A DNA stretch of 64,000 bases, from assembly GCA_963755365.1 (NCBI GenBank), contig CAVWJV010000012.1, positions 250,356 to 314,355 on the forward strand, in the 5' to 3' direction. The position numbers and the translations under genes are program-made. The notes under the pieces were generated by a model. It was not told where the DNA came from, did not search any database, and was given only the letters and a program-made list of their open reading frames with translations. Source of the stretch: Terriglobia bacterium (GTDB lineage Bacteria; Acidobacteriota; Terriglobia; Terriglobales; Acidobacteriaceae). Shown one piece after another: positions 1-9,372 of this stretch. Position 1 is the first letter of the stretch; each line of letters begins with the position of its first letter.

Positions 1-1296
1 GCAGGACTGAGTCCGGCATGGCGAGCTTCAAGGGTGGACGCAATCGAAGTGCTGCGTGAAGGGGGACGCCAGACCAGTCCGCGGCGCCAGCGTCTCCGCA
101 CAATCCTCGTTATCTCGCAGGTGGCCGGTTCTCTGACGCTGCTGATTGTCGCCGGACTTTTTGTACGTAGCCTACGTAATGTTGAGCGACGTGATCTGGG
201 TTTCGATCCGCGGCAAGTGATGGACTTCAGCCTTGATCCCCACGGAGCCGGTTATGACCAAAACCGTGGACGTGAGTTTTACGCGCAATTGGAACAGCGA
301 GTTCGGTCGTTGCCTGGTGTGGAAACCGCAGCCCTGGCGCTGGCCGCGCCTCTCGACGCTGAAACAAATGGCGCTGAACTGGAGGTGGATGGTGTGAAAC
401 TTGAAGAAGGGCATCGCCCCCAGGCCGATTACGACAGTGTCTCGCCCGAGTTCCTGAGGACGCTGCGGATTCAGGTGGTGCGCGGCCGGGAGTTTTCGGA
501 TGCTGACACAGAGATTGCGCCGCGAGTGGCCATCGTCAATGAAGTAATGGCACAACGCCTCTGGCCGGGAGAAGATCCCATTGGCCGGCAATTCAAGCGC
601 CTGGATGATCCCGGTCATGTAATGAACGTCATCGGAGTAGTCAGGAATGCCCAGATGGATAACGTGCTTGAGCTGCCGGGTCCTTTTTTCTTCATGCCGC
701 TGGCACAGAATTATGTTTCACAGCAGACATTGATTGTTCGTGCAGCTGGTTCACCGGCGGGAATCACCCAGCCTGTAATACAGGTGATCCGGCAGATAGA
801 TTCTGCCGTGCCTGTCTATAACGTTGCGCCCATGAGCCAGAATCTGGACGGCATCGGCGGCTTTCTGCTGTTCCGGCTGGGTGCGGGACTGGCTTCAGCC
901 CTCGGATTGCTGGGCTTCATGCTGGCGGTGATCGGTGTCTATGGCGTCACTTCATATTCCGCGGCCCAGCGCAGCCGTGAGATCGCCATCCGTATCGCCC
1001 TGGGTGCTCAACCCGTTCAGGTGATTTTCGCAACTATTCGACAGGCGCTGGTGATTGTTATCTATGGAGTGATCGCAGGAATCTTCGCCGCCATCGCAAT
1101 AGCAAAACTAGTGGGCAGCTTTCTTGTAAGCGTATCGCCATTCGATCCCATCACGTATGCTGGCGTGTCGGCACTGTTGGCTGCTATTGCTCTACTCGCG
1201 TCTTTCCTTCCCGCACTGCGTGCCAGCCGCGTGGACCCCGGATTAGTATTGAGACGGAGGAAGCATCTATCCTCAAGCCGACTCTGGGGAGTTTAG
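1..1296 (+). CDS. ABC transporter permease, MacB/FtsX-type (ADOP-like), C-terminal part; ORF runs off the left edge
   Basis: The frame is open from nt 1, with no stop before the ATG at 34. A periplasmic MacB-like domain is followed by TM helices and a C-terminal ...LPALRASRVDP motif. It is paralogous to the complete permease at 55733-58159. Confidence 0.85.
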   Translation, partial: AGLSPAWRASRVDAIEVLREGGRQTSPRRQRLRTILVISQVAGSLTLLIVAGLFVRSLRNVERRDLGFDPRQVMDFSLDPHGAGYDQNRGREFYAQLEQRVRSLPGVETAALALAAPLDAETNGAELEVDGVKLEEGHRPQADYDSVSPEFLRTLRIQVVRGREFSDADTEIAPRVAIVNEVMAQRLWPGEDPIGRQFKRLDDPGHVMNVIGVVRNAQMDNVLELPGPFFFMPLAQNYVSQQTLIVRAAGSPAGITQPVIQVIRQIDSAVPVYNVAPMSQNLDGIGGFLLFRLGAGLASALGLLGFMLAVIGVYGVTSYSAAQRSREIAIRIALGAQPVQVIFATIRQALVIVIYGVIAGIFAAIAIAKLVGSFLVSVSPFDPITYAGVSALLAAIALLASFLPALRASRVDPGLVLRRRKHLSSSRLWGV

Positions 1297-1475
1297 GCTC
1301 CTCTTTGACGATCACTCCACACCAGCCGTATTGCCCACGCCAGTTTTGACGAATCAAGAGATCTTTATTTAAAAGATCTTTGTTGTGATATTGCCCTCGT
1401 GATGCCGGCCACGATTGCGAAAGCGTCCCTTTGCTCATGAGCAGCAGTCAAATCCGCAGCAACAAGAAGGTGCGA

Positions 1476-1970
1476 ATGATGAAACTGGTTCTGATAATCC
1501 TGGTGATTCTTGCCATCCCTCTGGTTCTGGTGATGGCGATCGGCTCCATGCTGCCGAAGGGCCATTCGATTTCGCGCGCGATCACGGTGAATGCTCCACC
1601 GGATGCGGTCTGGAACCTGATCACTGCACCGCCCACATGGCGACCCAACATCACCAAATCTCAGGAAATGGAAAGCCAGAACGGGCATCGCATGTGGCGG
1701 GAAACCGACAAAGGCGGCCAGACCATTACCTATGAAGCCGTGGAATCGGATCCGCCGCGTCGTCTGGTCACGCGCATCGCGGATCCCAGCTTGCCGTTCG
1801 GCGGCACGTGGACTTATGAGATCACTCCCAGTGGAGCCGGAACGTCTCTTACCATTACCGAAGATGGAGAGGTCTACAATCCGGCCTTTCGATTTGTTTC
1901 CCGATTCATTATGGGCCATGCAGCCACGGTTGACGCCTATTTGAAAGCGGTAAAGGCCAGGCTGGGTTAA
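1476..1970 (+). CDS. SRPBCC (START/polyketide cyclase-like) family protein with N-terminal TM anchor
   Basis: From ORF 1431-1970. The likely start is MMKLVLIILVILAIP at 1476, after GAAGGTG. The body (AITVNAPPDAVWNLI...W...GGTWTYEI...GT.LTITEDGE) resembles the SRPBCC fold. Confidence 0.7.
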   Translation: MMKLVLIILVILAIPLVLVMAIGSMLPKGHSISRAITVNAPPDAVWNLITAPPTWRPNITKSQEMESQNGHRMWRETDKGGQTITYEAVESDPPRRLVTRIADPSLPFGGTWTYEITPSGAGTSLTITEDGEVYNPAFRFVSRFIMGHAATVDAYLKAVKARLG

Positions 1971-2978
1971 TCAAGTCCAGCCGGCTGTTGTGCGTTGCAA
2001 CCAATGCCATATTTCCGGGCCAGGAAGTCCTGAAGAGACGCCAGGCAGTTCCGCGGATAGTTCCTGCCATGTAAGCACTTTACAGCGCGTGCGAAGATCA
2101 GCGAAGCGAATGCAGCGCATGATGGCGTGCCAGCGTTCCATCAGATCAGGACGGCGATGATCGGTCATGACGCAGAAGCTGTGTCCGGTGGCGTGAGCAG
2201 CAAGAACGTTGCGGATGAGTTGGTAGGAGACGTATCTGGCGGCGGCTTCTTTTCTGTTAGCTGAGGTCCGGTGAGTCGCCGGCGGCGAAGAAACAGGCGG
2301 GTGATAATCGAAATCAGAATCAGCGGCCGGCGCTGGGTCGCATTCATAGTCCGGAAATGGATCAACGGACTGAACTGATGTAGCCCGCGGAAGCCGCGTA
2401 ACGTCAAAGACCTCTGCAAGATCGCGATAGGTCTCCACCAGCCGGGCGGACTGGGTTTGAAAATCCGATTCGGTGAGCTTGGCTTCGATCAATAAATCGC
2501 CGAGCTTTAAATCTACTTCCGTGCGATCGATGTGGCCGTTCAACAGCGGCACGCGGGGCCGATATCCAAATTGCGGACGCGCTGTGGGCTCAACGCCGAG
2601 CATGGCCGCAACATTCCTGCTGCGCAAGACTCGTGGGCAGCAAAAGATATTCATCAACAGCGCGTCTGAGCTGACGCAGGAATCGAGCTCTCGCCATCGA
2701 CGATCTGATTTCGGCAGTGACGTTTTGCCCTGGGTGTGAACCTTGTTCAGGCGCAAGCGCCAGTTGGCGTTCTTCAAGATGGCCTTGTAGCTGGCGGGAA
2801 AGAAATTGCCGTGTGCGTGCCCTTCATCCGGCATGTAAACAATTACAGGTTGGCGGCCGTAACTGTGGACATGTTCCAAGCCATGGTGACGCGCGAATTC
2901 TGCATTACGGGAGCAGAGCTCTCGACGAAGATTGGCTGCGCAGCTGACGCCGTCTGCCATTTGGAGAGTATGAGGCAT
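1971..2978 (-). CDS. hypothetical protein with PD-(D/E)XK nuclease-like core motif
   Basis: The 335-aa ORF contains TEVDLKLGDLLIEAKLTESDF, a D...ExK signature. An alternative frame over the last ~25 codons reads SLQDFLARKYGIGCNAQQPAGLD*, suggesting a possible 3' frameshift near 2040. Confidence 0.55.
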   Translation of the reverse strand: MPHTLQMADGVSCAANLRRELCSRNAEFARHHGLEHVHSYGRQPVIVYMPDEGHAHGNFFPASYKAILKNANWRLRLNKVHTQGKTSLPKSDRRWRELDSCVSSDALLMNIFCCPRVLRSRNVAAMLGVEPTARPQFGYRPRVPLLNGHIDRTEVDLKLGDLLIEAKLTESDFQTQSARLVETYRDLAEVFDVTRLPRATSVQSVDPFPDYECDPAPAADSDFDYHPPVSSPPATHRTSANRKEAAARYVSYQLIRNVLAAHATGHSFCVMTDHRRPDLMERWHAIMRCIRFADLRTRCKVLTWQELSAELPGVSSGLPGPEIWHWLQRTTAGWT

Positions 2979-3014
2979 GGGCGAAGAAAGGGCAAATATG
3001 CGACGGGCTGCTCT

Positions 3015-3093
3015 TTACCCCAGAGGACGCAGAGGAACATCGAGGGAAAACCACAGACCTTTTACCACAAAGGACACGAAGGAACACAAAGGG
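3015..3093. repeat. two tandem copies of a ~32-nt intergenic repeat (family A: ttaccacaaaggacacgaaggaacacaaagg)
   Basis: 3015-3046 is a degenerate copy and 3062-3093 is the core copy. Related copies are at 26857, 36915 and 38551 (reverse complement). Confidence 0.75.
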
Positions 3094-3128
3094 GCATCGG
3101 ACTCAGCGGCCATCGAAGCAAGAGCTTA

Positions 3129-3165
3129 CCGCTGATGACACTGATTACACGGATTTTCGCAGATA
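3129..3165. repeat. intergenic repeat module B (ccgctgat..cactgattacacgg..ttttcgcagat)
   Basis: It is similar to the reverse complement of 27120-27173: shared ccgctgat, cactgatt[ac]aca, ttttcgcagat. Confidence 0.6.
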
Positions 3166-3306
3166 GACCTTTTTAGCTACTCGGTCGAGAGTAACTGGTT
3201 ACAATGGCTTGGCGTTTCCGTCTAACCGGAGCTACTCCAGATCACGTTTGGTTTTCGAAATCGCAACTTTGGCTTAACAAGATTCAGGAGCGGGAGAATA
3301 ATCAAG

Positions 3307-5022
3307 ATGCTTCACGTGCAGCTTCGCAAGTTCTTTCTGGTCGCAGGACTATTCGCACTTTCGACGATCGCTCTCTCGCAGGCGACGAAACCGCAACCCA
3401 AGGTAAAGCCGGTTTCGGCATCATCCAAGACAACGCCCAAATTAACCGACGAGCAGAAGCAGGGATACGCGTTGCTGGAGACTTCTGAAGCGAACTCTCG
3501 CGGGCTGGAAGCGCCGATGCGGACCTATGGCCTGATGCAGATTGCCACAGCTTATCCGACGACCGGAAGTGAGACGAAGAAGACGCGGGAACTGCTGCGC
3601 GATGCGTTCACATCGTCTCTGGAAATACACGATGACAATGACACGAAGCAGGAGCTGCAAACGGAAATCTTCCACGCTCTGCTGCCGCTATCGCAAGAGG
3701 ATGTGGAAGACCTTTTATCCCAGGCAGAACCAAAGGTCCGCAAGGTCACGTCTGAGCAGATGATCCGGATATATACGGGCAAGAAGCAGTTTGAGAAAGC
3801 CATTGATCTGGTGAACCAGGTCACCTCATGGGATGAGTTCCCCTATGCGAGCGCAAGCAGTCTGGTGGATGCGCTGCCGGCCGATATGATCGCCGAAAAG
3901 CAGGGCCTGCTGGTGCAGGCGGTGAACAGCTACAAGAACCACGCACATAAAGGCATGAACTTTGGTGAGGGTACGCTGAGTGGGATGATTGTGCGGAATT
4001 ATGGCGCGATGAATCCGAAACTGGTGTTGCAGGCGATTGATGAAATTCTCAGTCAGGGAAAGGCCAGTGACGAAAACAGCCATAACAACAATATTTCCAT
4101 TGGCGGGAGTGGCGGCTCGGTAAGCTTTACGTCACAGTACGAATACGAGTTGTTCGCCCTGATGCCGGTGTTGGAGCGTTTGGATGAGAGTCGTGCCAAT
4201 TCACTGTTACAGGAGAATCAGGCGCTCCAGGCCAAGTTGCAGCAGTTCCCGCAGGGCACACAGTCCATTAATCCGCCTGCACCGCCGCAACCAGCGGGCG
4301 CAGCCGGCAAAGACACGGCGACCACCGAAACAACCCAGGCCAAGAAACCGCAACGTATACAGACAGCCGTATTCTCCGGTGACGGTGCGATGGCGGCCAG
4401 GATGAAAGCCATGCAGGACGCCAGCAACCGGACACAACAGATTGTGGATGAAGCCGAAACTGATCCCGGGCAGGCGCTGGCCCACGCAACCACGCTTCCG
4501 GTTCTTCTGGACGGAATCATGGCGATGTCACCGCGGGGCAATGCTCTAACGGCAATCGCAAAGGCTGCGGCCAAGAACAATCCGGCGATCGCCAAGCAGG
4601 CATTGGCCGATCTGCGAAAGATTGTGCCGGACATGCCACTGGACATTCAGGCACGGTCATTGCAGTCTGCGATTACGACTTACATTACGATGGGAGACAA
4701 TGACGCCGCTGAGAGCGCGATCAGTGAAGGCATTAAAGTAGCCGACAAACTGCTGGAAAAAGACCTGAACCCTGACGATCCTAACACGGCCCTGAAGGCC
4801 TGGTGGCCCTCAGCCAATGCTTATCGCAGCTTTGTAGAGGCGCAGACCAAAGTCGGGCGCCAACAAACGCTTGCCCTGCTGAAAGAGATCAAAGATCAGG
4901 ACATTCGCACGATTGAAACCATTACTTACGCCCGCAGCATGCTGGGCCTTCCGACCAGGCAAAGCAGGATTCAGGAAAAAAGAAAGAGCATGAATATGAG
5001 CATGATGATGGATACGGATTGA
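3307..5022 (+). CDS. secreted hypothetical protein (helical/low-complexity)
   Basis: The 571-aa ORF has an upstream GGAGCGGGAG and a signal peptide, MLHVQLRKFFLVAGLFALSTIALSQA. I did not recognise a family. Confidence 0.7.
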   Translation: MLHVQLRKFFLVAGLFALSTIALSQATKPQPKVKPVSASSKTTPKLTDEQKQGYALLETSEANSRGLEAPMRTYGLMQIATAYPTTGSETKKTRELLRDAFTSSLEIHDDNDTKQELQTEIFHALLPLSQEDVEDLLSQAEPKVRKVTSEQMIRIYTGKKQFEKAIDLVNQVTSWDEFPYASASSLVDALPADMIAEKQGLLVQAVNSYKNHAHKGMNFGEGTLSGMIVRNYGAMNPKLVLQAIDEILSQGKASDENSHNNNISIGGSGGSVSFTSQYEYELFALMPVLERLDESRANSLLQENQALQAKLQQFPQGTQSINPPAPPQPAGAAGKDTATTETTQAKKPQRIQTAVFSGDGAMAARMKAMQDASNRTQQIVDEAETDPGQALAHATTLPVLLDGIMAMSPRGNALTAIAKAAAKNNPAIAKQALADLRKIVPDMPLDIQARSLQSAITTYITMGDNDAAESAISEGIKVADKLLEKDLNPDDPNTALKAWWPSANAYRSFVEAQTKVGRQQTLALLKEIKDQDIRTIETITYARSMLGLPTRQSRIQEKRKSMNMSMMMDTD

Positions 5023-5194
5023 CAAACCGGACATCCACCACGGACGCACGGGGAACTGCAGGATGGGCCTGATCTGGTGATCGAAAAGCGGCTCTTGCCA
5101 AATTGAATCAATATAGACGTTAAGGAGAATCGGCCTTTGGAGTTTGAATTCATCCCGAGCGGGGTGTTACCATCGGCATTCCTGGAGGTTGGCA

Positions 5195-5494
5195 ATGTCT
5201 GACAGAGACAACAGCAGCAATTTCATGTGGTTCCTTGCGGGCCTGGGTTTTGGCGCGCTTCTGGGTGTTTTGTATGCTCCGCGGGCGGGACGGGAAACCC
5301 GTGATTCGCTGAAAAACACAGCCCAGGAAGGGCGCGAATATCTAAAGACTCGCAGCCGCGACGCTAAAGAAACCATGAACGAGTGGGTGGACCGGGGCAA
5401 AGAGGTTGTGGGTCGCAGCAAAGAGCAAATTAACTCAGCCATTGATGCCGGACGCCAGGCTTATCGTGAAGCCGCGGAAGGCAAGAAGTCCTAA
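5195..5494 (+). CDS. YtxH domain-containing protein
   Basis: GGAGG lies 7 nt before the ATG at 5195. The motif FLAGLGFGALLGVLYAPRAGRETRDSLK is followed by a charged helical tail, typical of YtxH-like proteins. Confidence 0.75.
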   Translation: MSDRDNSSNFMWFLAGLGFGALLGVLYAPRAGRETRDSLKNTAQEGREYLKTRSRDAKETMNEWVDRGKEVVGRSKEQINSAIDAGRQAYREAAEGKKS

Positions 5495-5506
5495 TAAAGG
5501 AAACCT

Positions 5507-6025
5507 GTGACTACTGTCGTTGCAGTCTTCGTGATCGTCGCCGCTGTCGCCATTGTTGTGCAGATGGGAATACTGCTTGCCCTCTACATGGCGATGCGGC
5601 AGACGGCCAGCCGCATGGAAGGCATTGCGGGACGCCTGGAACAACAGACGACGCCGTTGCTGGTCAACGCGTCGGCAATACTGGAAGATGCCAAACCCAA
5701 GATCGCTGAAATTACCGCGAACCTTGCCGAATCGACTGCGACGGTCCGCGCACACGTTCAACACGTGACCGAGGCATCCGGCGAAATTGTGGAACGCGCG
5801 CGCAACCATGCCATACGCATGGACGAGTTTGTGGGCAACACCATGGGAAAGATTGAGACAGCCAGCGAGATTCTGGAGACCAAAGTCCTGAACCCGGTAC
5901 GACGCGTGCAAGGGATCATCGCAGCAGTGAATGCAGGCCTGGGAATTTTGAAAGCTGCAAAGGGTACCAGGAAGCCGCCTCGACATGGTCATCCCGTGGA
6001 AGAAGACGAAGAGATGTTCATCTGA
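5507..6025 (+). CDS. membrane-anchored coiled-coil protein (DUF948-like)
   Basis: GTG start after AAAGGA, 12 nt downstream of the YtxH gene. One N-terminal TM helix is followed by a long helical region. The family assignment is tentative. Confidence 0.55.
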   Translation: MTTVVAVFVIVAAVAIVVQMGILLALYMAMRQTASRMEGIAGRLEQQTTPLLVNASAILEDAKPKIAEITANLAESTATVRAHVQHVTEASGEIVERARNHAIRMDEFVGNTMGKIETASEILETKVLNPVRRVQGIIAAVNAGLGILKAAKGTRKPPRHGHPVEEDEEMFI

Positions 6026-6049
6026 AGGCGGTTCTTTTTATCACTGCAA

Positions 6050-8287
6050 TTACCGGCTGAATTTAACCACCACATGCCCCCCGGGCGGCAACTTCGCCCC
6101 GGCTTCAGGACTTTGTTCTCTGCCAACACCGCTGCCGGAAATCTCTAAGTCAATTCCCGCAGCCTGAGCCTGCTCCAATGCCGAACGCACCGGTAAACCG
6201 CGAAAATCCGGGACCAGCGCGCCGCCTGCAGTATCAAAGACAAGCGTGCCACGTTGCGGAGCTGAGACCGGTGTTAATGTTGGCGGCGGATTTATTGCCG
6301 CAGACGTAAACGTGGGTTTGGATGGAGCGATCGATTGCGATGGCGCCGGCTTCGCCGTAAGGTCCGGCACGGAACGAAGGTTGTCCGGAACTGTCTTTGT
6401 CGTAGTTGCGGTGACAGTTACAGAATTGGATTCCTGAGGGGACGGCGCGGGCACGTCAGCGGGAACTGACTGATCGGCGATGTGGTCTGGCGCGGCTTCC
6501 GTCATCACCTCATTTTTTGCTTTAGCACGTAACTGTAAACGTCGCTGGTCCTGCAACTCGACATCGTGCGGCACGTTGAGGTAGCCGAGCACCTGCTGTG
6601 CAACGCGCTGGAATACAGGCGCAGCCACGTCACCACCGCCATCGCGAATGCCCGTCTGTGGAGAATCCAGCACCACCAGCACGCTGATGGCAGGATTGTT
6701 AATGGGTGCAAAGCCGGCGAATGAAGCAATGTGCAGCTTGTGGGAATAACGTCCCGTGGCGGCGTCAATTTTTTGTGCTGTGCCGGTTTTGCCGGCGGAA
6801 CTGTAGCCGTCAAGAATCGCTTTGGTTCCGGTTCCGCGGAGTACCACGCCCTCAAGCATGCGTTTCATCTCGGCGGCTGTCATGGGCGAGATCACGCGTC
6901 GCCCGATCGGCGTCTGGTACGAGATCAATTGTGGAGTGCTGCGAGGCGCCGTGGTTCCGGCAATGATGCGAGGCGGCACGGCAACACCGTCGTTACCGAT
7001 GGTTGAGATCAGGGAGATCAGTTGCATGGGCGAAACGCCGATTTCCTGTCCCATGGAAATAGCGCCAATACTTACTTTGGACCACCGGCTCACAGGCTTG
7101 GTAATGCCGCGGGTTTCTCCTGGAAGCTCTACGCCAGTCTGTCCGCCAAAGCCAAAGGCCCGGATGTAACGATCAAATCTTTCTTCTCCCAGACGTAACG
7201 CAAGCTTGATGGCTCCCACGTCACTGGACTTTTCCAGCACCTGGGTTACCGTCAGGTCTCCGTACGCTTTGTGATCGTGAATGCGCAGGCCGCTGAGAAC
7301 GATGGAGCCCATTTGGCAGTCGATGACCTCGTCGGGATTGGTCAACTTTTCTTCCAACGCCGCGGCCAGCGTGACGATCTTGAAAGTTGATCCCGGCTCG
7401 TAAATATCGCTGACTGCCCGGTTCTTCAGTGATTTGGGATCGGCTTCGCTCAACAAATTGGGGTTGAATGTTGGGCGGTTCGCCAAAGCCAGCACTTCAC
7501 CCGTTTTCGGATTCTCCACGATCACGGTTCCGGATTCGGCTCTGGTTTCGTCGATAGCTTTTTGCAGTTCGCGTTCGGCGATGTATTGGATTTTTTCATC
7601 AATGGTGAGGACGACGTTTTCACCAGGTTCAGGATTTTTCTCCACGCGCCCGAACCAGCGCCGACGCGCGTCCATGGTGATCAGCATTTTGCCGGGCTTG
7701 CCGGACAGCCTTGGTTGATAGACGCGCTCAACGCCGCCAAGACCGGCGTCGTCGAGTCCGACATAACCAAGCACCTGCGCGGCCAGTCCTTGCTTGGGAT
7801 AGAACCGCTTGGACTCTTTTTGAAAGTAGATACCCTTGAGATTCAGTGAACGTACGCGATTGCTGACACTGTTATCGACTTTGCGTGCCACCCAGGCGAA
7901 AGCGTGGGATGCTCGCATACGTTCCTCAATCTCGGATTCGTCGGCATCCAGTACGCGACCCAGCAGCCGTGAAGCTGAATGAATGTCCGGGACTTCGGAG
8001 GGAACGGCAAAGATGGAATCCACGCTGACCGTCATCGCCAGCTCGTTGCCGTTGCGGTCAAAAATGTTTCCGCGTACCGGCGACACTTCAATGCTGCGTT
8101 GCTGCTGGCGGTTGGCCTTTTGTGTCAGATCGCCGTAGTCAACCAGCTGAAGCCAGACCAGTCGAGTGCAAATAGCAATCAACCAGAGACCCAGAAATGC
8201 AGCAAGATAAAACAAGCGATGATTGGCTTTTACTTCGGGGGACTTTGGCTGAAACTGTCTGCGCTTCATTGGGGGGACCTTTAGCAT
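6050..8287 (-). CDS. ftsI: penicillin-binding protein (FtsI/PBP3-class D,D-transpeptidase) with C-terminal PASTA domain
   Basis: The 745-aa ORF has an N-terminal TM, the motifs STFK, SSD(V)G and KTGT, a Pro/Thr/Ser linker and a PASTA-like end (VPDFRGLPVRSALEQAQAAGIDLEISGSG). It lies downstream of ftsL. Confidence 0.9.
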   Translation of the reverse strand: MLKVPPMKRRQFQPKSPEVKANHRLFYLAAFLGLWLIAICTRLVWLQLVDYGDLTQKANRQQQRSIEVSPVRGNIFDRNGNELAMTVSVDSIFAVPSEVPDIHSASRLLGRVLDADESEIEERMRASHAFAWVARKVDNSVSNRVRSLNLKGIYFQKESKRFYPKQGLAAQVLGYVGLDDAGLGGVERVYQPRLSGKPGKMLITMDARRRWFGRVEKNPEPGENVVLTIDEKIQYIAERELQKAIDETRAESGTVIVENPKTGEVLALANRPTFNPNLLSEADPKSLKNRAVSDIYEPGSTFKIVTLAAALEEKLTNPDEVIDCQMGSIVLSGLRIHDHKAYGDLTVTQVLEKSSDVGAIKLALRLGEERFDRYIRAFGFGGQTGVELPGETRGITKPVSRWSKVSIGAISMGQEIGVSPMQLISLISTIGNDGVAVPPRIIAGTTAPRSTPQLISYQTPIGRRVISPMTAAEMKRMLEGVVLRGTGTKAILDGYSSAGKTGTAQKIDAATGRYSHKLHIASFAGFAPINNPAISVLVVLDSPQTGIRDGGGDVAAPVFQRVAQQVLGYLNVPHDVELQDQRRLQLRAKAKNEVMTEAAPDHIADQSVPADVPAPSPQESNSVTVTATTTKTVPDNLRSVPDLTAKPAPSQSIAPSKPTFTSAAINPPPTLTPVSAPQRGTLVFDTAGGALVPDFRGLPVRSALEQAQAAGIDLEISGSGVGREQSPEAGAKLPPGGHVVVKFSR

Positions 8288-8342
8288 TTCATTATTGGTC
8301 GGCTGAAACGATTTCTACGGGCGGTATCCATACAAATGGAAC

Positions 8343-8363
8343 GTGATTTGTGATTTGTGATCG
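8343..8363. repeat. short tandem repeat gtgattt(x2.5) inside the ftsL-ftsI spacer
   Basis: gtgatttgtgatttgtgatcg is read directly from the sequence. Confidence 0.6.
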
Positions 8364-8582
8364 AAGAGGGGGGACCTCAGCGGGCTGCGCCCATAAGACG
8401 AGTTGGCGGATTCCTGAACTGCAATCGCCCATGTGCCCCCGGCAACGGAAAACGCATGGCGGATCCAGCAGGTTTTCCAGATTCCGCCATTTATGGGCCG
8501 GACTTTTCCGCACCCAATCCCTTAACCCAAACAACTTCGCGCGAACCGGAAAACGTCGTACGAAGAAACCTGACTAACTTAA

Positions 8583-9062
8583 CTACTGCGCGGGGATCAC
8601 GGCCACCGGTGAGATACGCGCCATCACAGAGCCTGAATCCACGTTTACGTTGTCCAGTCGCTGAACCTGACCAGGCGCGGGCGAATCCAGGCCCATCTGC
8701 CGGGCCAGAGTGTCAATGCGTCCTGGATCGCGCAAGCCGGCTTCTTCCAGCTTCAGTGAACGGTTCACTTCCACCAGACGCTCATGCTCGGTCTTCTGGG
8801 CTTCAATTTTGTATCCGTATTCAATGGCACTGAAATGCTGCCAGGCATAGAACAATACGAACAGGAAAAGGGCGGCGACGCTGGCGGAGAACATGCGTAT
8901 TTCTCGCTTGCGCCGTGGATCAGCCACTTTGATCACGCGGGAATTATCAATTGTCTTATGAAAATAAAATTCAGGCGTGATTCCCGCCACCGAGCGCCGC
9001 ACGCTTCCGCGCGCGTCCACCGGTGTGATCATTCCCGTGATGCTCATTGCCCCAGCCGACAT
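8583..9062 (-). CDS. ftsL: cell division protein FtsL-like
   Basis: The 159-aa ORF has a single TM (FSASVAALFLFVLFYAWQHF) followed by a coiled coil. It sits between rsmH and ftsI. Confidence 0.7.
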   Translation of the reverse strand: MSAGAMSITGMITPVDARGSVRRSVAGITPEFYFHKTIDNSRVIKVADPRRKREIRMFSASVAALFLFVLFYAWQHFSAIEYGYKIEAQKTEHERLVEVNRSLKLEEAGLRDPGRIDTLARQMGLDSPAPGQVQRLDNVNVDSGSVMARISPVAVIPAQ

Positions 9063-9227
9063 TTACGCCACCTCAATCGCTTCCCGCCACTGCATTTGCT
9101 GCAATGGGTATCTCTCAAAATTTGTTTCGGCAGAAGTCTGCTGCTGACGTGCCTTCTGTTCCACGCGCTCTACGCTGTTGATCAGTTCCTCTATCGTCAG
9201 ACCTTGAAACATTTGTTTTGTCCTCAT
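9063..9227 (-). CDS. possible small protein (54 aa) translationally coupled to ftsL
   Basis: MRTKQMFQGLTIEELINSVERVEQKARQQQTSAETNFERYPLQQMQWREAIEVA*. Its TAA stop directly abuts the ftsL ATG (TAAATG). It is too short for the ORF track, the RBS is weak, and I recognise no family. Confidence 0.3.
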   Translation of the reverse strand: MRTKQMFQGLTIEELINSVERVEQKARQQQTSAETNFERYPLQQMQWREAIEVA

Positions 9228-9372
9228 TTTCTCGAGGGAACTTTGTTTAAAATCCCGGGGCGGCGCCGTTTAACGACCCGAAGTTGTTGCACCCAAGTTA
9301 GAAGGAAGGCAACGCCCTCCCCGGAATCTTTGCTGCTCTTGCCTGCCTACCACGGTCAGACAAGTTACAAAC

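Noticed and set aside
8292-8534. 80-aa ORF in the ftsL-ftsI spacer
   Set aside because: It spans repeat and inverted-repeat sequence, has no RBS or family resemblance, and is more likely non-coding.
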